Of a DNA stretch of 64,000 bases, positions 44,264 to 55,214 are shown piece after piece. This DNA is from an uncultured Pelagibacteraceae bacterium (lineage in GTDB: Bacteria > Pseudomonadota > Alphaproteobacteria > Pelagibacterales > Pelagibacteraceae). Position 1 is the stretch's first letter. Every line of letters starts with the position of its first letter. The stretch covers positions 3,493 through 67,492 of the forward strand of contig CACCFT010000005.1 in NCBI GenBank assembly GCA_902545405.1. Reading direction: 5' to 3'. The notes under the pieces were generated by a model. That model saw only the letters and a program-made list of their open reading frames with translations, made no database searches and was not told where the DNA came from. Position numbers and translations under genes: made by a program.

Positions 44264-46581
44264 GTTCTTCTTTTTATATTTAAATAACCAAAGATTGATA
44301 AAAGAATAAGAGCAATAGGATAAACTATTTCTTTTTTTGGTCTATTCTGATTTTCAATTTTAAATTCATTAATAATATCTCCCATATCTAAACCAGATTT
44401 TTTTGCAATTCCATTCCATGTTAAAGTATCAATTATGGTTTTATTACCTTCTACAACTAAGCTCATTCCATAATCATCTAAACTGAAATTTTCATCAAAA
44501 CTATTTTTTTCAATTACAAACAATTTATATCTTTCGCCATACTCCGTAAGTCTGGTAATTTTAATTCTTATCTCTTTATTATAATTAAATTGTTTTTTGT
44601 TTATTTCTTCAATACTTAAATAGTTATATTTTGGGTAAAATTTATTTAGAATAAATTCTGGAGATAATAATGAAATTGAAATTATTAAAAAGATAATAAT
44701 TTCGTACCATCTCAGCTTATTTATAAACCATCCCTGAGTAGCAGATGTAAACACTAAAATCCCAATCAATGAAGTTGCAATGACCATTAAGCCATGCCAT
44801 ATGCTTTCAATACCAATTAATAACAACTCACTGTTAAATAAGAATACAATAGGAAGTATTCCAGTTCTCAGACTATACCAAAATGCTTGGGCTCCTGTTC
44901 TTAATGGGTCTCCACCAGAAATAGCAGCAGCTGCGTAAGATGCTAAGCCAACTGGAGGTGTTACGTCTGCCATTAGGCCAAAATAGAAAACGAATAAATG
45001 AACAGCAATTAAAGGAAAAATAAATCCTGATGCATTTCCAACATCCACAAGAACAGTTGCCATTAGAGATGCTACAACAACGTAGTTTGCCGTAGTTGGT
45101 AAACCCATACCCAATAGTAAACACAAAATAATAGTTAAAAATAAGAGAATAATAACATTATCTTTTGCAATCGACTCGATTACAATTATTAAATTAGTAC
45201 TCAAACCTGTAGATCCAACTGCACCAACTATAATACCTGCTGTTGCAATTGCTATTCCGACACTAACCATATTCAAAGCACCCTTTTCAAAACCAACAAC
45301 AGTTTGGTTGTACCAATAAATTAAAGCATTCTTAAGGTTCTTTTCTTTAAAAATTTTATTTAAAAGATTAACTATAATTAAAGTTATTGTTGCAAAAAAA
45401 ATAGAGTAAGAAGCTGTAAGCCTCATATAAACTAGTAGATATATTAGAACAAATATTGGAACTAAAAAATGTATTCCTTCAAAAAATGTTTTTTTCAATT
45501 TTGGAATATCGTTTTCATCCATACCTTTTAAATTTAATTTAAGCGCTTCAAGGTGAGATATATAAAATAGCGCAATGTAAGAAATTATAGCTGGTAAAAA
45601 AGCATGTTTGACAACTTCAAAATATGTAACACCGATAAAACTTGCCATCACAAAAGCTGCTGCTCCCATAACAGGAGGCATTATTTGACCATTAACTGAT
45701 GAAGATACTTCGATTGCACCCGCTTTTTCTTTTGAGAAACCAGTCTTTTTCATAATTGGAATTGTAAATGTTCCAGTTGTAACTGTATTAGCAATTGATG
45801 ATCCAGAGATTAATCCTGTCATACCAGATCCAAGAATAGCTGCTTTGGCAGGACCACCTCGCATTTTTCCAACCATTGCAAAAGCTAAATCTAAAAAATA
45901 TTTACCCCCTCCAGCAGTTTCTAAAAGTGCTCCAAAAAGTACAAAGAGAAATATGAAATCTACAGAAACACCTATCGGAATTCCGAAAATAGCTTCTTGA
46001 TCAAACCATTGAAAACCAACTAACCTTTTTAATGATAATCCACCATGAGAAATTATGTCTGGTGCATATTGCCCAAAATAAGAAAATAACAAAAAACAAA
46101 CTGCAATAACAACTAATGGGACACCTATTACTCTACGAGTAGCCTCTAGAAGGATTAATATTCCAATTATTCCGAGTATTAACTCAATTGGAATAATAAA
46201 ATTATTAGAAAGATTTATTTTAAGTAATATTCCACCCCGATCTACTAATTGATCATAAAAAACATAAATATATAAACAACAAATTGCACCTGTTATTGCA
46301 ATTAATATATCTATAAAATTTACTTTTTTACCTCTTGCATATGGAAATATTAAAAAAGCTAGTAAAAGTGCAAAGCCAAGATGAATTGCTCTAGCTGGTA
46401 AACCTTTAAACATTCCAAAATTTAACCAAAATGGAAATGGAGAAGCATACCAAAGCTGAAATAAAGACCAGGTTATTGCAATAACAGCAACTAACTTTAA
46501 ATGAAAACCTGTTAGGTTTCTTGAAGGAGAAAGATCTTCTTTAATCTTATTTTCAATTTTTTTATCTATGTCTGCTGACAT
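44260..46581 (-). CDS. TRAP transporter fused 4TM/12TM permease (TAXI type)
   Basis: RGGPAKAA, SGSSIAN, GQIMPPVMGAAAF, GMGLPTTANY and DVTPPVGLA. Confidence 0.95.
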   Translation of the reverse strand: MSADIDKKIENKIKEDLSPSRNLTGFHLKLVAVIAITWSLFQLWYASPFPFWLNFGMFKGLPARAIHLGFALLLAFLIFPYARGKKVNFIDILIAITGAICCLYIYVFYDQLVDRGGILLKINLSNNFIIPIELILGIIGILILLEATRRVIGVPLVVIAVCFLLFSYFGQYAPDIISHGGLSLKRLVGFQWFDQEAIFGIPIGVSVDFIFLFVLFGALLETAGGGKYFLDLAFAMVGKMRGGPAKAAILGSGMTGLISGSSIANTVTTGTFTIPIMKKTGFSKEKAGAIEVSSSVNGQIMPPVMGAAAFVMASFIGVTYFEVVKHAFLPAIISYIALFYISHLEALKLNLKGMDENDIPKLKKTFFEGIHFLVPIFVLIYLLVYMRLTASYSIFFATITLIIVNLLNKIFKEKNLKNALIYWYNQTVVGFEKGALNMVSVGIAIATAGIIVGAVGSTGLSTNLIIVIESIAKDNVIILLFLTIILCLLLGMGLPTTANYVVVASLMATVLVDVGNASGFIFPLIAVHLFVFYFGLMADVTPPVGLASYAAAAISGGDPLRTGAQAFWYSLRTGILPIVFLFNSELLLIGIESIWHGLMVIATSLIGILVFTSATQGWFINKLRWYEIIIFLIISISLLSPEFILNKFYPKYNYLSIEEINKKQFNYNKEIRIKITRLTEYGERYKLFVIEKNSFDENFSLDDYGMSLVVEGNKTIIDTLTWNGIAKKSGLDMGDIINEFKIENQNRPKKEIVYPIALILLSIFGYLNIKRRT

Positions 46582-46595
46582 TCAGCTTAATATAT

Positions 46596-46627
46596 AAAAA
46601 AAAAGGCCCAATAGATATATTGGGCCT
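46596..46627 (-). terminator. intrinsic terminator between the TAXI binding protein and the permease
   Basis: Stem AGGCCCAATA/TATTGGGCCT (46604-46613/46618-46627), 4-nt loop, then a U-tract on the minus strand. Confidence 0.85.
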
Positions 46628-46648
46628 AAATTTTTTATATAGATTTAA

Positions 46649-47656
46649 TTACATTAAACCAGCTTCTTTATAATATTTAACAGCTCCAGGATGAAGTGGT
46701 GCTGATAAACCATCAGCTATCATATTTTTTTTCTCTAAAGGAGCGAAAGCCGGATGTTGTTTTCTAAAATCATCAAAATTTTCAAAAACAGCTTTTGTAA
46801 CCTGATAAACTAAATCCTCAGAAACATCCATACTTGTTACTACAGTAGCTTTAACACCAAATGTAGTTACATCTTTTTTCTGTTTAGTATAAGTACCTTT
46901 TGGAATTGTTGCAGATGCATAATAATCAGCTCCACTAATAATTCCATCAATTACATCTCCTGTTAAATTGATTGGCATTGCTTTAGCCGCACATGTTGCC
47001 GCTTGTTCCATTGCCCCATTTGGAAAGCCTACTGAATATCCAAACGCATCAATTTTACCATCGCATAGAGCTTTTACTTGCTCTGAAGATGTTAGCTCAG
47101 TAACTGATTTAAAGAAGCTGTTGTCAACTCCCATAGCTTTCATTAATTCTTCCATAGTTCCTCTTTGACCAGAACCTGGATTCCCAATGTTTACTACTTT
47201 TCCTTTGAGACCCATAAAATCTTTGACTTTTGCTTTTTTTCTAGCCCAGATTTGAAATGGCTCATTATGTACTGAGAAAACAGCTCTTAAATTTTTGAAT
47301 TGTTTCCCTTCCCATTTGCTTGATCCATTGTAAGCATGATATTGCCAGTCAGATTGTGCTACACCAAATTGAAACTCGCCATCTTTTATTTGTCCGATGT
47401 TATAATTTGAGCCTCCAGTTGAAGGAGCGGTACATCTGTAAGCTTTATCTTTCATACCTTTTTTTCTACCATGTTCAGCGCTAATTGCTGATTTGTGTAA
47501 CATTTTACAAATAGCGTTTCCTGTCTGAAAATAAACTCCAGTTGGTCCTCCTGTGCCTATTGTAAAAAACTCTGCTGATTTTGCTATTGATCCGAATGAA
47601 AATATAGCAGCAAAAATAATCAGAGAGCTTGATATTGTTGATAATATTTTTTTCAT
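46649..47656 (-). CDS. TAXI family TRAP solute-binding protein
   Basis: Signal peptide, TIGTGGPTGVY, STGGS..N, GVAQSD, GNPGSG and APLHPGA..YY; SD-like GAGAGGG upstream. Confidence 0.95.
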   Translation of the reverse strand: MKKILSTISSSLIIFAAIFSFGSIAKSAEFFTIGTGGPTGVYFQTGNAICKMLHKSAISAEHGRKKGMKDKAYRCTAPSTGGSNYNIGQIKDGEFQFGVAQSDWQYHAYNGSSKWEGKQFKNLRAVFSVHNEPFQIWARKKAKVKDFMGLKGKVVNIGNPGSGQRGTMEELMKAMGVDNSFFKSVTELTSSEQVKALCDGKIDAFGYSVGFPNGAMEQAATCAAKAMPINLTGDVIDGIISGADYYASATIPKGTYTKQKKDVTTFGVKATVVTSMDVSEDLVYQVTKAVFENFDDFRKQHPAFAPLEKKNMIADGLSAPLHPGAVKYYKEAGLM

Positions 47657-47764
47657 ATACCCTCTCTAAAGTTTTAAAATCGAATCTAACTATTTATTAC
47701 TACGAGTGTCTAGTAAATTCAGTTAATATAAGTATTGTTAATTAAGGAATTTTTTAACTGATTA

Positions 47765-48988
47765 TTATTTTTCAACCCAAGATTTTAATTTATTTACTCC
47801 TTCTACAACCTTAGGGGCATACGATTTTATTAATTCATCATTAATATCAGTTTTTTCATTAATATTTTTCATAAATATATCGCCGTCAAAATCTGTAAAA
47901 CTTAGACGAACAATCATCCTTTTTTCATCAAATCCAAAGTCACTTCCTGGAAGTAAAGCAATATTTAAATTAGTTAAAATTTCATCACACATGATTGAAG
48001 AATTATTAAATTTCTTGTTCAAAAATTCAGGCATCAAATAAAAGCCACCCATGGGTTTGTTCATAATAATATTATTAGATTTTAAATTTCTATATACGTA
48101 TTCTCCAACAGCTTTAAGAATTTTTTTTGATTTTAAGATATATTCATCATGGTTAGCATTAAAAGCAGATATTGCAGCAAACTGTATTGGTGAACTTACG
48201 GCGGAAAATGTTTCACTTGCTAAAACTTTCATAGATTTAAGTAATTCAATTTTTTTCTTTGGTATTATAAAGTACCCAAGTCTCCATCCTCCAGCGCCAC
48301 ACCATTTACTAAGTCCGTTACTTATTACGACATTATCAGGGCAGTGTTCGAAAATAGAAATATAATTTTCATCAAATGTTAATTCAGAATAAATTTCATC
48401 TGATAAAACTAAAATATTATACTTTTTTACTATTAAAGAAATTTCTTTTAAATTTTCGCATACTTGTCCTGATGGATTATTTGGAGAATTAAGAAATAAA
48501 AGATATTTTTTATCTGGTTTTTTCAAAATAATTTTTTCTATTTCTTGAGCTTTAGGAAACCAATTATTTTCAGCAGATGTTTGTATCCAATTATAGTTAT
48601 TTTTAGCTATTATTGATTGTGGCTTATAAGATACCCAACTTGGAGCTGGCAATAAAACTTCGCCTTCAAATGCTAAATGCATCAAGAACATAAGCTCTTT
48701 GGTACCAGGACCTATTATGACTTGATCTGAGTCAAAATTATAATTTTTCTTTTTTGACTCATATTTTGCGATTGAACCTCTTAATTTATCTAATCCTTGG
48801 ATAGGTAAATAACTTTTTTGATGTGCATTTTTTTTTAATTCTTCAACAATAGTAGTTGGAACTGGAAATGGTGATTGTCCAAATCCAAACTTAATAATAT
48901 TTTTTCCTTCAAATTCAATAACTTTTGATTTTTCATTTATTTTTAGTGTTGCTGATAAACTTAAGTTTTTTATTGTATCTTTGATCAT
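47765..48988 (-). CDS. class I/II PLP-dependent aminotransferase (aspartate aminotransferase-like)
   Basis: SATL, FGFGQSPF, PSWVSY, NSPNNPSG, SDEIY and SKWCGAGGWRLG. Confidence 0.92.
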   Translation of the reverse strand: MIKDTIKNLSLSATLKINEKSKVIEFEGKNIIKFGFGQSPFPVPTTIVEELKKNAHQKSYLPIQGLDKLRGSIAKYESKKKNYNFDSDQVIIGPGTKELMFLMHLAFEGEVLLPAPSWVSYKPQSIIAKNNYNWIQTSAENNWFPKAQEIEKIILKKPDKKYLLFLNSPNNPSGQVCENLKEISLIVKKYNILVLSDEIYSELTFDENYISIFEHCPDNVVISNGLSKWCGAGGWRLGYFIIPKKKIELLKSMKVLASETFSAVSSPIQFAAISAFNANHDEYILKSKKILKAVGEYVYRNLKSNNIIMNKPMGGFYLMPEFLNKKFNNSSIMCDEILTNLNIALLPGSDFGFDEKRMIVRLSFTDFDGDIFMKNINEKTDINDELIKSYAPKVVEGVNKLKSWVEK

Positions 48989-50943
48989 TACGATTTTAAT
49001 TCAATAAGATTTTTATATTCATTTAAAGCAGATGGATTGGATAATGCTTCAATATTATTTATTTTGTTGCCGTCTATTATATTTTTAACAGCTACCTCTA
49101 CAATTTTACCATTCTTAGTTCTGGGAATATCATTTACTGCAATTATTTTAGCAGGTACATGTCTTGGAGAAGCCTCATATCTAATTGTTGTTTTTAATTT
49201 CGAAATTAATTTTTCATCTAATCTATTATTTTTGGATAATATTACAAAAAGTATTATTCTTACATCATTATCCCAAGATTGACCTACTACGATAGACTCT
49301 TTTACTTCTTTAAATTTTTCTACAACAGAATAAATTTCAGCTGTGCCAAGTCTAACACCGCCTGGGTTTAATGTTGCATCAGATCTTCCATAAATAATAT
49401 AAGACCCATTGTTCTTTCTCTCGGCATAATCTCCATGATGCCAAATATTTTTAAATTTTGAAAAATAAGCTTTTTTATATTTAACTTTTCCAGGATCATT
49501 CCAAAATTTTAAAGGCATTGATGGAAAAGGGTTTCTGCAAACTAATTCTCCTTTTTTATTTAAAATTGATTTACCTTTTTCAGAAAACACTGCTGTATCC
49601 ATACCCAGACCATTGTTTTGTATTTCGCCAATGTTTACAGATGAATAAATGTTTCCATTTACAAAACAGGAGACAATATCTGTTCCTCCAGAAATAGATG
49701 CTAAATGAACATTTTTTTTTATATTTCTGTAAACAAATTCAAAACCATCTTTAGAAAGTGGAGATCCTGTAGAACAAATCGTTTTTAAAAACTTGAGTTT
49801 TATTTTTTCTTTTACCTTAACATTCTGTTTAATAAGTTGATCAATATATTTCGCACTTATACCAAATAGAGTAACTTTCTCCTTATTTGCAATTTTTAAC
49901 AATAACTCTGGAGATTTATGCATAGGAAAACCATCAAATAGCAATATTGATGCTTTAGATGCTAGGGCTGTAACAAGCCAATTCCACATCATCCATCCAC
50001 AAGTTGTAAAGTAAAATACATTATCATTTGGTTTTATATTGCAATGTAATTGATGCTCTTTCAAATGTTGCAATAAAACACCACCAGATCTATGGCAAAT
50101 ACATTTTGGTTTACCTGTAGTGCCGCTTGAGTATAAAATTGCTAATTCGTGGTCAAAATCAAATTTTTTTAATTTATTTCTACTTATTTCAAGTTTTTTA
50201 ATCTCAGTGAAATAATAAATTTTTATATTTTTAATTTTATTAAATTTTTTTAATTTTTTTCCAGGGTAATTTAAAATTAATACTGATCTTATACTTTTTA
50301 TTTTATTTAATATTTTAGGCAATCTCTCAATAATATTTATTTCCTTTCCGTTATAATAATATTTATCAGTAATAACTAGTAATTTAGGTTTAATTTGGGA
50401 AAAACGTTCGATAACACCAGGTACACCAAAATCAGGTGAGCACGAGCTCCAGATTGATCCTATAGCGCTAGCACCTAAAAAACACTCAACTGTTTCTATC
50501 TGATTTGGAGTATATGCTGCTATCCTATCCTTTTCAGAAATATTTATTTTTTTGTAAAATGTAATTATTTTTTTTACGTCTATATTAAGTTCTTTCCAGG
50601 ATTTTTGCTCTCTGTAACCATTTTCACTAACAAATGTGATAGCTTTTTGATTGGAATTTTTAGCTAAAAGATTTTCTGCAAAATTTAATTTTGAATCAAC
50701 AAAAAACTTACTATTAATAAGGTCCTTTGTTAGTTTAAATTTATCAGTTTTTGCTCCAATTATTTCAAAATAGTTCCAAATAGAATTCCAAAAATCTTTT
50801 GGATTTTTTACACTCCAGTTTAATAACTTTTTATATTTTCCAGAAAAATTGTACTTATAATTCTTTGAAACAAACTTCTCATATTTAAATAAATTCGAAT
50901 TTCTTATAAGTACTTTTGACGGTTCCCAAAGTTTTTTTGGCAT
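48988..50943 (-). CDS. acetoacetyl-CoA synthetase
   Basis: LWEP, LNFAENLL, WSSCSPDFG, YSSGTTGKPKCI, GWMMWNW, SISGGTD and SPRHVP. Confidence 0.92.
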   Translation of the reverse strand: MPKKLWEPSKVLIRNSNLFKYEKFVSKNYKYNFSGKYKKLLNWSVKNPKDFWNSIWNYFEIIGAKTDKFKLTKDLINSKFFVDSKLNFAENLLAKNSNQKAITFVSENGYREQKSWKELNIDVKKIITFYKKINISEKDRIAAYTPNQIETVECFLGASAIGSIWSSCSPDFGVPGVIERFSQIKPKLLVITDKYYYNGKEINIIERLPKILNKIKSIRSVLILNYPGKKLKKFNKIKNIKIYYFTEIKKLEISRNKLKKFDFDHELAILYSSGTTGKPKCICHRSGGVLLQHLKEHQLHCNIKPNDNVFYFTTCGWMMWNWLVTALASKASILLFDGFPMHKSPELLLKIANKEKVTLFGISAKYIDQLIKQNVKVKEKIKLKFLKTICSTGSPLSKDGFEFVYRNIKKNVHLASISGGTDIVSCFVNGNIYSSVNIGEIQNNGLGMDTAVFSEKGKSILNKKGELVCRNPFPSMPLKFWNDPGKVKYKKAYFSKFKNIWHHGDYAERKNNGSYIIYGRSDATLNPGGVRLGTAEIYSVVEKFKEVKESIVVGQSWDNDVRIILFVILSKNNRLDEKLISKLKTTIRYEASPRHVPAKIIAVNDIPRTKNGKIVEVAVKNIIDGNKINNIEALSNPSALNEYKNLIELKS

Positions 50944-51105
50944 TAAAAATTTATATTTATATTGTAAAATTTATGCTAACCTTAGATGATAAAAATTGAA
51001 AATGAGAACTTTTTCCTATCTGATTCGGACTAGTTTTAGTCTATTTTTGTTCTTTTTGAGTAACAAAATATAGTAGGCTAAAAAAAGATCATACTAAAAG
51101 TTGAA

Positions 51106-53586
51106 ATGTCAAAAAATAAGATAACTGCAGTTCTTGGGCCTACAAATACTGGTAAGACTTTTTTAGCAATAGAGACAATGCTCTCTTTTGATTCTGGCAT
51201 GATTGGATTCCCCCTAAGACTTTTAGCTAGAGAAGTTTACGACAAAATAATCCAAAAAGTAGATGCTTCTATGGTGGCTCTTATTACAGGGGAAGAGAAG
51301 ATTATTCCTCTTAATGCTAAATATTTTTTATGTACTGTAGAGTCAATGCCCGTAGATAAAGTTTTAGATTTTGTAGGCATTGATGAAATCCAAATGTGCG
51401 CAGATCATGAGCGAGGTCATATTTTTACAGATAGATTATTAAATCTAAGAGGTGAAAAATTAACAATGTTAATGGGTTCAAATACTATCAAAAATATTAT
51501 TCAAAAACTTGATGAAGATGTTGAATTTATAAATAAACAAAGATTATCAAAGCTTTCATTTGGAGGGCATAAAAAAATTTCAAGAATTGAGAGAAAAAGC
51601 GCAATAATAGCTTTTTCAACTGAAGAAGTTTATGCGATTGCAGAATTATTAAGAAGACAAAAAGGTGGCGCAGCAATTGTGATGGGATCTCTCAGTCCTA
51701 AAACTAGAAATGCTCAAGTAAATTTATATCAATCAGGGGATGTCGATTATCTAGTTGCTACTGATGCTATTGGAATGGGAATAAATATGGATTTAGATAA
51801 TGTTTACTTCTCAAACTTGAAAAAGTTTGATGGAAAAAAAATAAGAAGGCTAAAAATATCAGAAATTGGACAAATTTCAGGAAGGGCTGGTCGATATTTA
51901 AATGATGGGAGTTTTGGTATTACAGGAGACTGTGGTGAAATTAACCCAGAAGAGATTGAATTTTTAGAAAATCACAATTTTCCAGAAATACAAAATATAT
52001 TTTGGAGAAATTCCAATTTAAAATTCAATAATAAAGAAAATCTGCTGAAATCATTAGAAGAAAAACCTGATAAAGATTGGTTAAGAAGAGTTGGTGAATG
52101 TGAAGATGAGAAAGTTTTAAAATATTTTTTAAAAGAAAATAATAGCTCCATAGAAAATAATTCGAACATTTTAACAATTCTCTGGGAATGCTGTCAAATA
52201 CCTGATTTTGTCAAGAAAACTTATGGTCATCATTTGGAAGTTGTTGGCAAGGTATTTAATTTTTTAATAAATAAAGAAAAAAAAGTACCAAATTATTATA
52301 TGAAAAAACAGCTTTCTATGCTTGATAAACTTGAAGGAAATGTAGACTCAATTTCAAATAGAATATCTAATGTTAGAACTTGGTCATATGTTTCAAACAA
52401 ATCTAATTGGGTTGAGAACCAGGATTATTGGATTGAAAGAACTAAAAATTTAGAAGACAAATTATCAGATAGACTTCATGATGAATTAACTAAAACATTT
52501 ATAGATAAAAGAGCTAGCGTTTTAGCAAAAGGCTTAAAACAAGATATTGAATTAAAAACCGAGATTATTGAGAAAGAAAAAGTATTAATTAATGATCAAT
52601 ATATTGGAATTTTAAAAGGTTTAAAATTGCAATTAGATTTAAAAGTAGATGCCTTAGATGCGGATATTAAATCATTAAAAAAAGCTGCTAGGCAGAATGT
52701 AGGCCCAGAAATAATTAATAGAATACAACAAATAATGGATACTGGACTTATAGAGTTAAAAGATGATTTTAAAATTTACTGGAAAAATGATCCTATAGCG
52801 AAACTAATACCTGGATCTGATTACCTTAATCCAAAAATAGAATTAATAATTGATGAAATGATTGAAAATAACGAAAGAAATAATTTAAACGATTATCTAA
52901 ATCAATGGATTATAAAAAAAATTGAAACTGAACTAAATAGCTTAATTGAGTTAAAAAATATAAAGGAGGAAAACTCTGAACTTAGAGCTTTAGCTTACAG
53001 ACTTTATGAAAATAACGGTGTTATAAAAAGATCAAATATAAGTGAGTACTTAAAAAAAATTAATCAAGATGATAGGAAAAAATTAAGAAAACTAGGGGTT
53101 AAGTTTGGAAGATACCATATATTTCTATTTAAGTTATTCAAACCAAATTCTGTGTCTTTAAGAATATTATTATGGAAAAATTATAATAATGAATATTTAA
53201 ATTTATCACCACCAACTTTTGGATTAAATTTTTTAAATAATATAAAATCTGCAAATAAAGATTTTATGTTACTTTGTGGCTTTGAAAAATTTGATGATAT
53301 GTATGTTAGAATAGATATACTTGAAAGATTATTCTTATTAATATTCAATTCAGAAAAAGATTACAAAAAAGAAATAAAAGTCACACCTGAAATGTTAAAC
53401 TTGCTTGGTTGTTCAAAGGAAAATTTTAATAAGCTTCTAAAAAAAATGAATTATAAAATTTATGAGAAAGAAAATGAGTTCTATATAAAATATATTCCAA
53501 TAAAAAAGAAAATTTTTAAAAAACACGACAAAAAGGACTATTCTAATAATCCTTTTAGTGTATTAAGTGAGTTAAACTTGAAATAA
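51106..53586 (+). CDS. Suv3/MgpS-like SF2 helicase
   Basis: LGPTNTGKT, PLRLLA, DEIQ, ATDAIGMG and QISGRAGR. Confidence 0.92.
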   Translation: MSKNKITAVLGPTNTGKTFLAIETMLSFDSGMIGFPLRLLAREVYDKIIQKVDASMVALITGEEKIIPLNAKYFLCTVESMPVDKVLDFVGIDEIQMCADHERGHIFTDRLLNLRGEKLTMLMGSNTIKNIIQKLDEDVEFINKQRLSKLSFGGHKKISRIERKSAIIAFSTEEVYAIAELLRRQKGGAAIVMGSLSPKTRNAQVNLYQSGDVDYLVATDAIGMGINMDLDNVYFSNLKKFDGKKIRRLKISEIGQISGRAGRYLNDGSFGITGDCGEINPEEIEFLENHNFPEIQNIFWRNSNLKFNNKENLLKSLEEKPDKDWLRRVGECEDEKVLKYFLKENNSSIENNSNILTILWECCQIPDFVKKTYGHHLEVVGKVFNFLINKEKKVPNYYMKKQLSMLDKLEGNVDSISNRISNVRTWSYVSNKSNWVENQDYWIERTKNLEDKLSDRLHDELTKTFIDKRASVLAKGLKQDIELKTEIIEKEKVLINDQYIGILKGLKLQLDLKVDALDADIKSLKKAARQNVGPEIINRIQQIMDTGLIELKDDFKIYWKNDPIAKLIPGSDYLNPKIELIIDEMIENNERNNLNDYLNQWIIKKIETELNSLIELKNIKEENSELRALAYRLYENNGVIKRSNISEYLKKINQDDRKKLRKLGVKFGRYHIFLFKLFKPNSVSLRILLWKNYNNEYLNLSPPTFGLNFLNNIKSANKDFMLLCGFEKFDDMYVRIDILERLFLLIFNSEKDYKKEIKVTPEMLNLLGCSKENFNKLLKKMNYKIYEKENEFYIKYIPIKKKIFKKHDKKDYSNNPFSVLSELNLK

Positions 53587-54011
53587 TGTTTAGCTTATTT
53601 AAAAAAGAAAAAGAGAATAAAAAAGATGAGAATCATTTATCTTTAACTAGTGTTGCCGCTCTTCTTATTCATTCAGCTAAATTAGATCAGAATTTTACCA
53701 AAAAAGAGAGGGATATAATTAAAAAGGCATTAATTGAAATGGGCGCTGATGAAAATGAATTAGAAGAGATTATAAAAGATGCAGAAATAAAAGAGCAAGA
53801 CTCAAATCAAATTTTAGAATTTACTAAAGAAGTAAAAAATAAAAATATTGACGAAAAAAAGATAGTTATAGAAGCATTGTGGAATATTATTTATTCGGAT
53901 GAAGATGCGGATATTTATGAAACCAATCTTATGAGGCGCTTGTCAGGCTTATTGTACCTTGATCCAAAAATAGTTGGAGATATAAAAGAAAAAATTAAAT
54001 CAAAACAATGA
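53586..54011 (+). CDS. TerB family protein
   Basis: [11 protein letters not shown]...E...I, then EALW.IIYSD...[11 protein letters not shown]. Confidence 0.85.
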   Translation: MFSLFKKEKENKKDENHLSLTSVAALLIHSAKLDQNFTKKERDIIKKALIEMGADENELEEIIKDAEIKEQDSNQILEFTKEVKNKNIDEKKIVIEALWNIIYSDEDADIYETNLMRRLSGLLYLDPKIVGDIKEKIKSKQ

Positions 54012-54334
54012 CATATTTGGTCAATGATAAATGTATTAAATGCAAACATACAACTTGTGTTGACGTTTGCCCAGTTGATTGTTTCTATGAAGGAAAAAAT
54101 ATGCTTGTAATTAAACCTGATGAGTGTATAGATTGTGGCGTTTGTGAACCTGAGTGTCCAATAGATGCTATAGTTTCAGATACAGAATTAGGAAGTGAAA
54201 AATGGTTGGAAGTAAATAAAAAATACTCTGAAATATGGCCAAATATTTCTGAAACAAAAGAACCTCTTCCGAACCACGAAAAATTTAAAGATGAAAAAAA
54301 TAAGTTTGATAAATACTTTAAAGAAAACATTTAA
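54008..54334 (+). CDS. fdxA: 7Fe ferredoxin
   Basis: [18 protein letters not shown] and [12 protein letters not shown]. Confidence 0.95.
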   Translation: MTYLVNDKCIKCKHTTCVDVCPVDCFYEGKNMLVIKPDECIDCGVCEPECPIDAIVSDTELGSEKWLEVNKKYSEIWPNISETKEPLPNHEKFKDEKNKFDKYFKENI

Positions 54335-55157
54335 AACAAAAAAAATATCAAATAAAAAAAAGACTAAGACGGTAAGTAAGCCAAAAAAATCTAAATTGCC
54401 ACTTAAATCTAAAAAAATAAATTTTGAACGAAATATAAAAAAAAATAAATTAAAGAAAAAAGCAAAAAAAATTATAACGAAATCGAAGACTATAAAAACG
54501 GAGAAAAAAGAAAACTCTGATTCTAATACAAATTTACTTCGTATTTCAAAAACTAATGAACAGAAACCAGAGATAAAAAAAGTTAAAAAACAAAATACTG
54601 AGAAAAAAGAATTTAAAATAAAAGATTACGTTGTTTATCCAAAACACGGTGTTGGCCAGATTACAGAGTTTAAAAAAATGAATATTGGCGGAATAGATAT
54701 AGAGGCATATATTTTAAAATTTGAGAAAGATAAAGCAAATGGTATGGTGCCAGTAAATAAACAATCACACCTAAGACCTTTGGCAACGATAAACCAAGTT
54801 AATAAATGTATTAGTATTTTAAAAAGTAAACCAAAAATTAAAAGGAGCATGTGGAGTAGAAGGGCTCAAGAATACGAAGCAAAAATATCCTCTGGAAAAA
54901 TTTATGAATTAGCTGAAGTTGTAAGAGATCTTAATAAAGGTGATGATATCATGGTTGATCAATCTTACAGCGAAAGACAATTGTTTGAGAAGGCATACGA
55001 TAGAATTTTGACAGAATTTCAGATCATTTTAAATATAAGTATTGAAGATACACAGAAAAAACTTGATAAAGCATTAAAGAGGAATCTAGAAAAACAGGTT
55101 CAGAAAGTTGAAAATAAAACCTCTGATGAAGATATTCCTGAAGAAATAGCAAAATAA
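54291..55157 (+). CDS. carD: CarD/CdnL transcription factor with Lys-rich N-terminal extension
   Basis: [26 protein letters not shown]...LAEVVRDL and QSYSERQL. The CarD domain starts at about residue 108; exact start uncertain (ATG 54291 or TTG 54396). Confidence 0.92.
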   Translation: MKKISLINTLKKTFKTKKISNKKKTKTVSKPKKSKLPLKSKKINFERNIKKNKLKKKAKKIITKSKTIKTEKKENSDSNTNLLRISKTNEQKPEIKKVKKQNTEKKEFKIKDYVVYPKHGVGQITEFKKMNIGGIDIEAYILKFEKDKANGMVPVNKQSHLRPLATINQVNKCISILKSKPKIKRSMWSRRAQEYEAKISSGKIYELAEVVRDLNKGDDIMVDQSYSERQLFEKAYDRILTEFQIILNISIEDTQKKLDKALKRNLEKQVQKVENKTSDEDIPEEIAK

Positions 55158-55196
55158 AAAAAAACGCTTCCCACGCAAGCGCCATGAGAAGCGTTT
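55156..55196 (-). terminator. intrinsic terminator for the 27-aa basic-peptide gene (possibly bidirectional)
   Basis: Minus-strand RNA AAACGCUUCUCAUG-GCGCUUG-CGUGGGAAGCGUUU running into a U9 tract. The inner stem extends via G-U pairs only on this strand. Confidence 0.85.
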
Positions 55197-55214
55197 GTTA
55201 AAAAGAATACTAAA

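Noticed and set aside
51027-51045. Small hairpin GACTA-GTTT-TAGTC upstream of the helicase as a riboswitch or ncRNA
   Set aside because: Only a 5-bp stem and no recognisable aptamer consensus.
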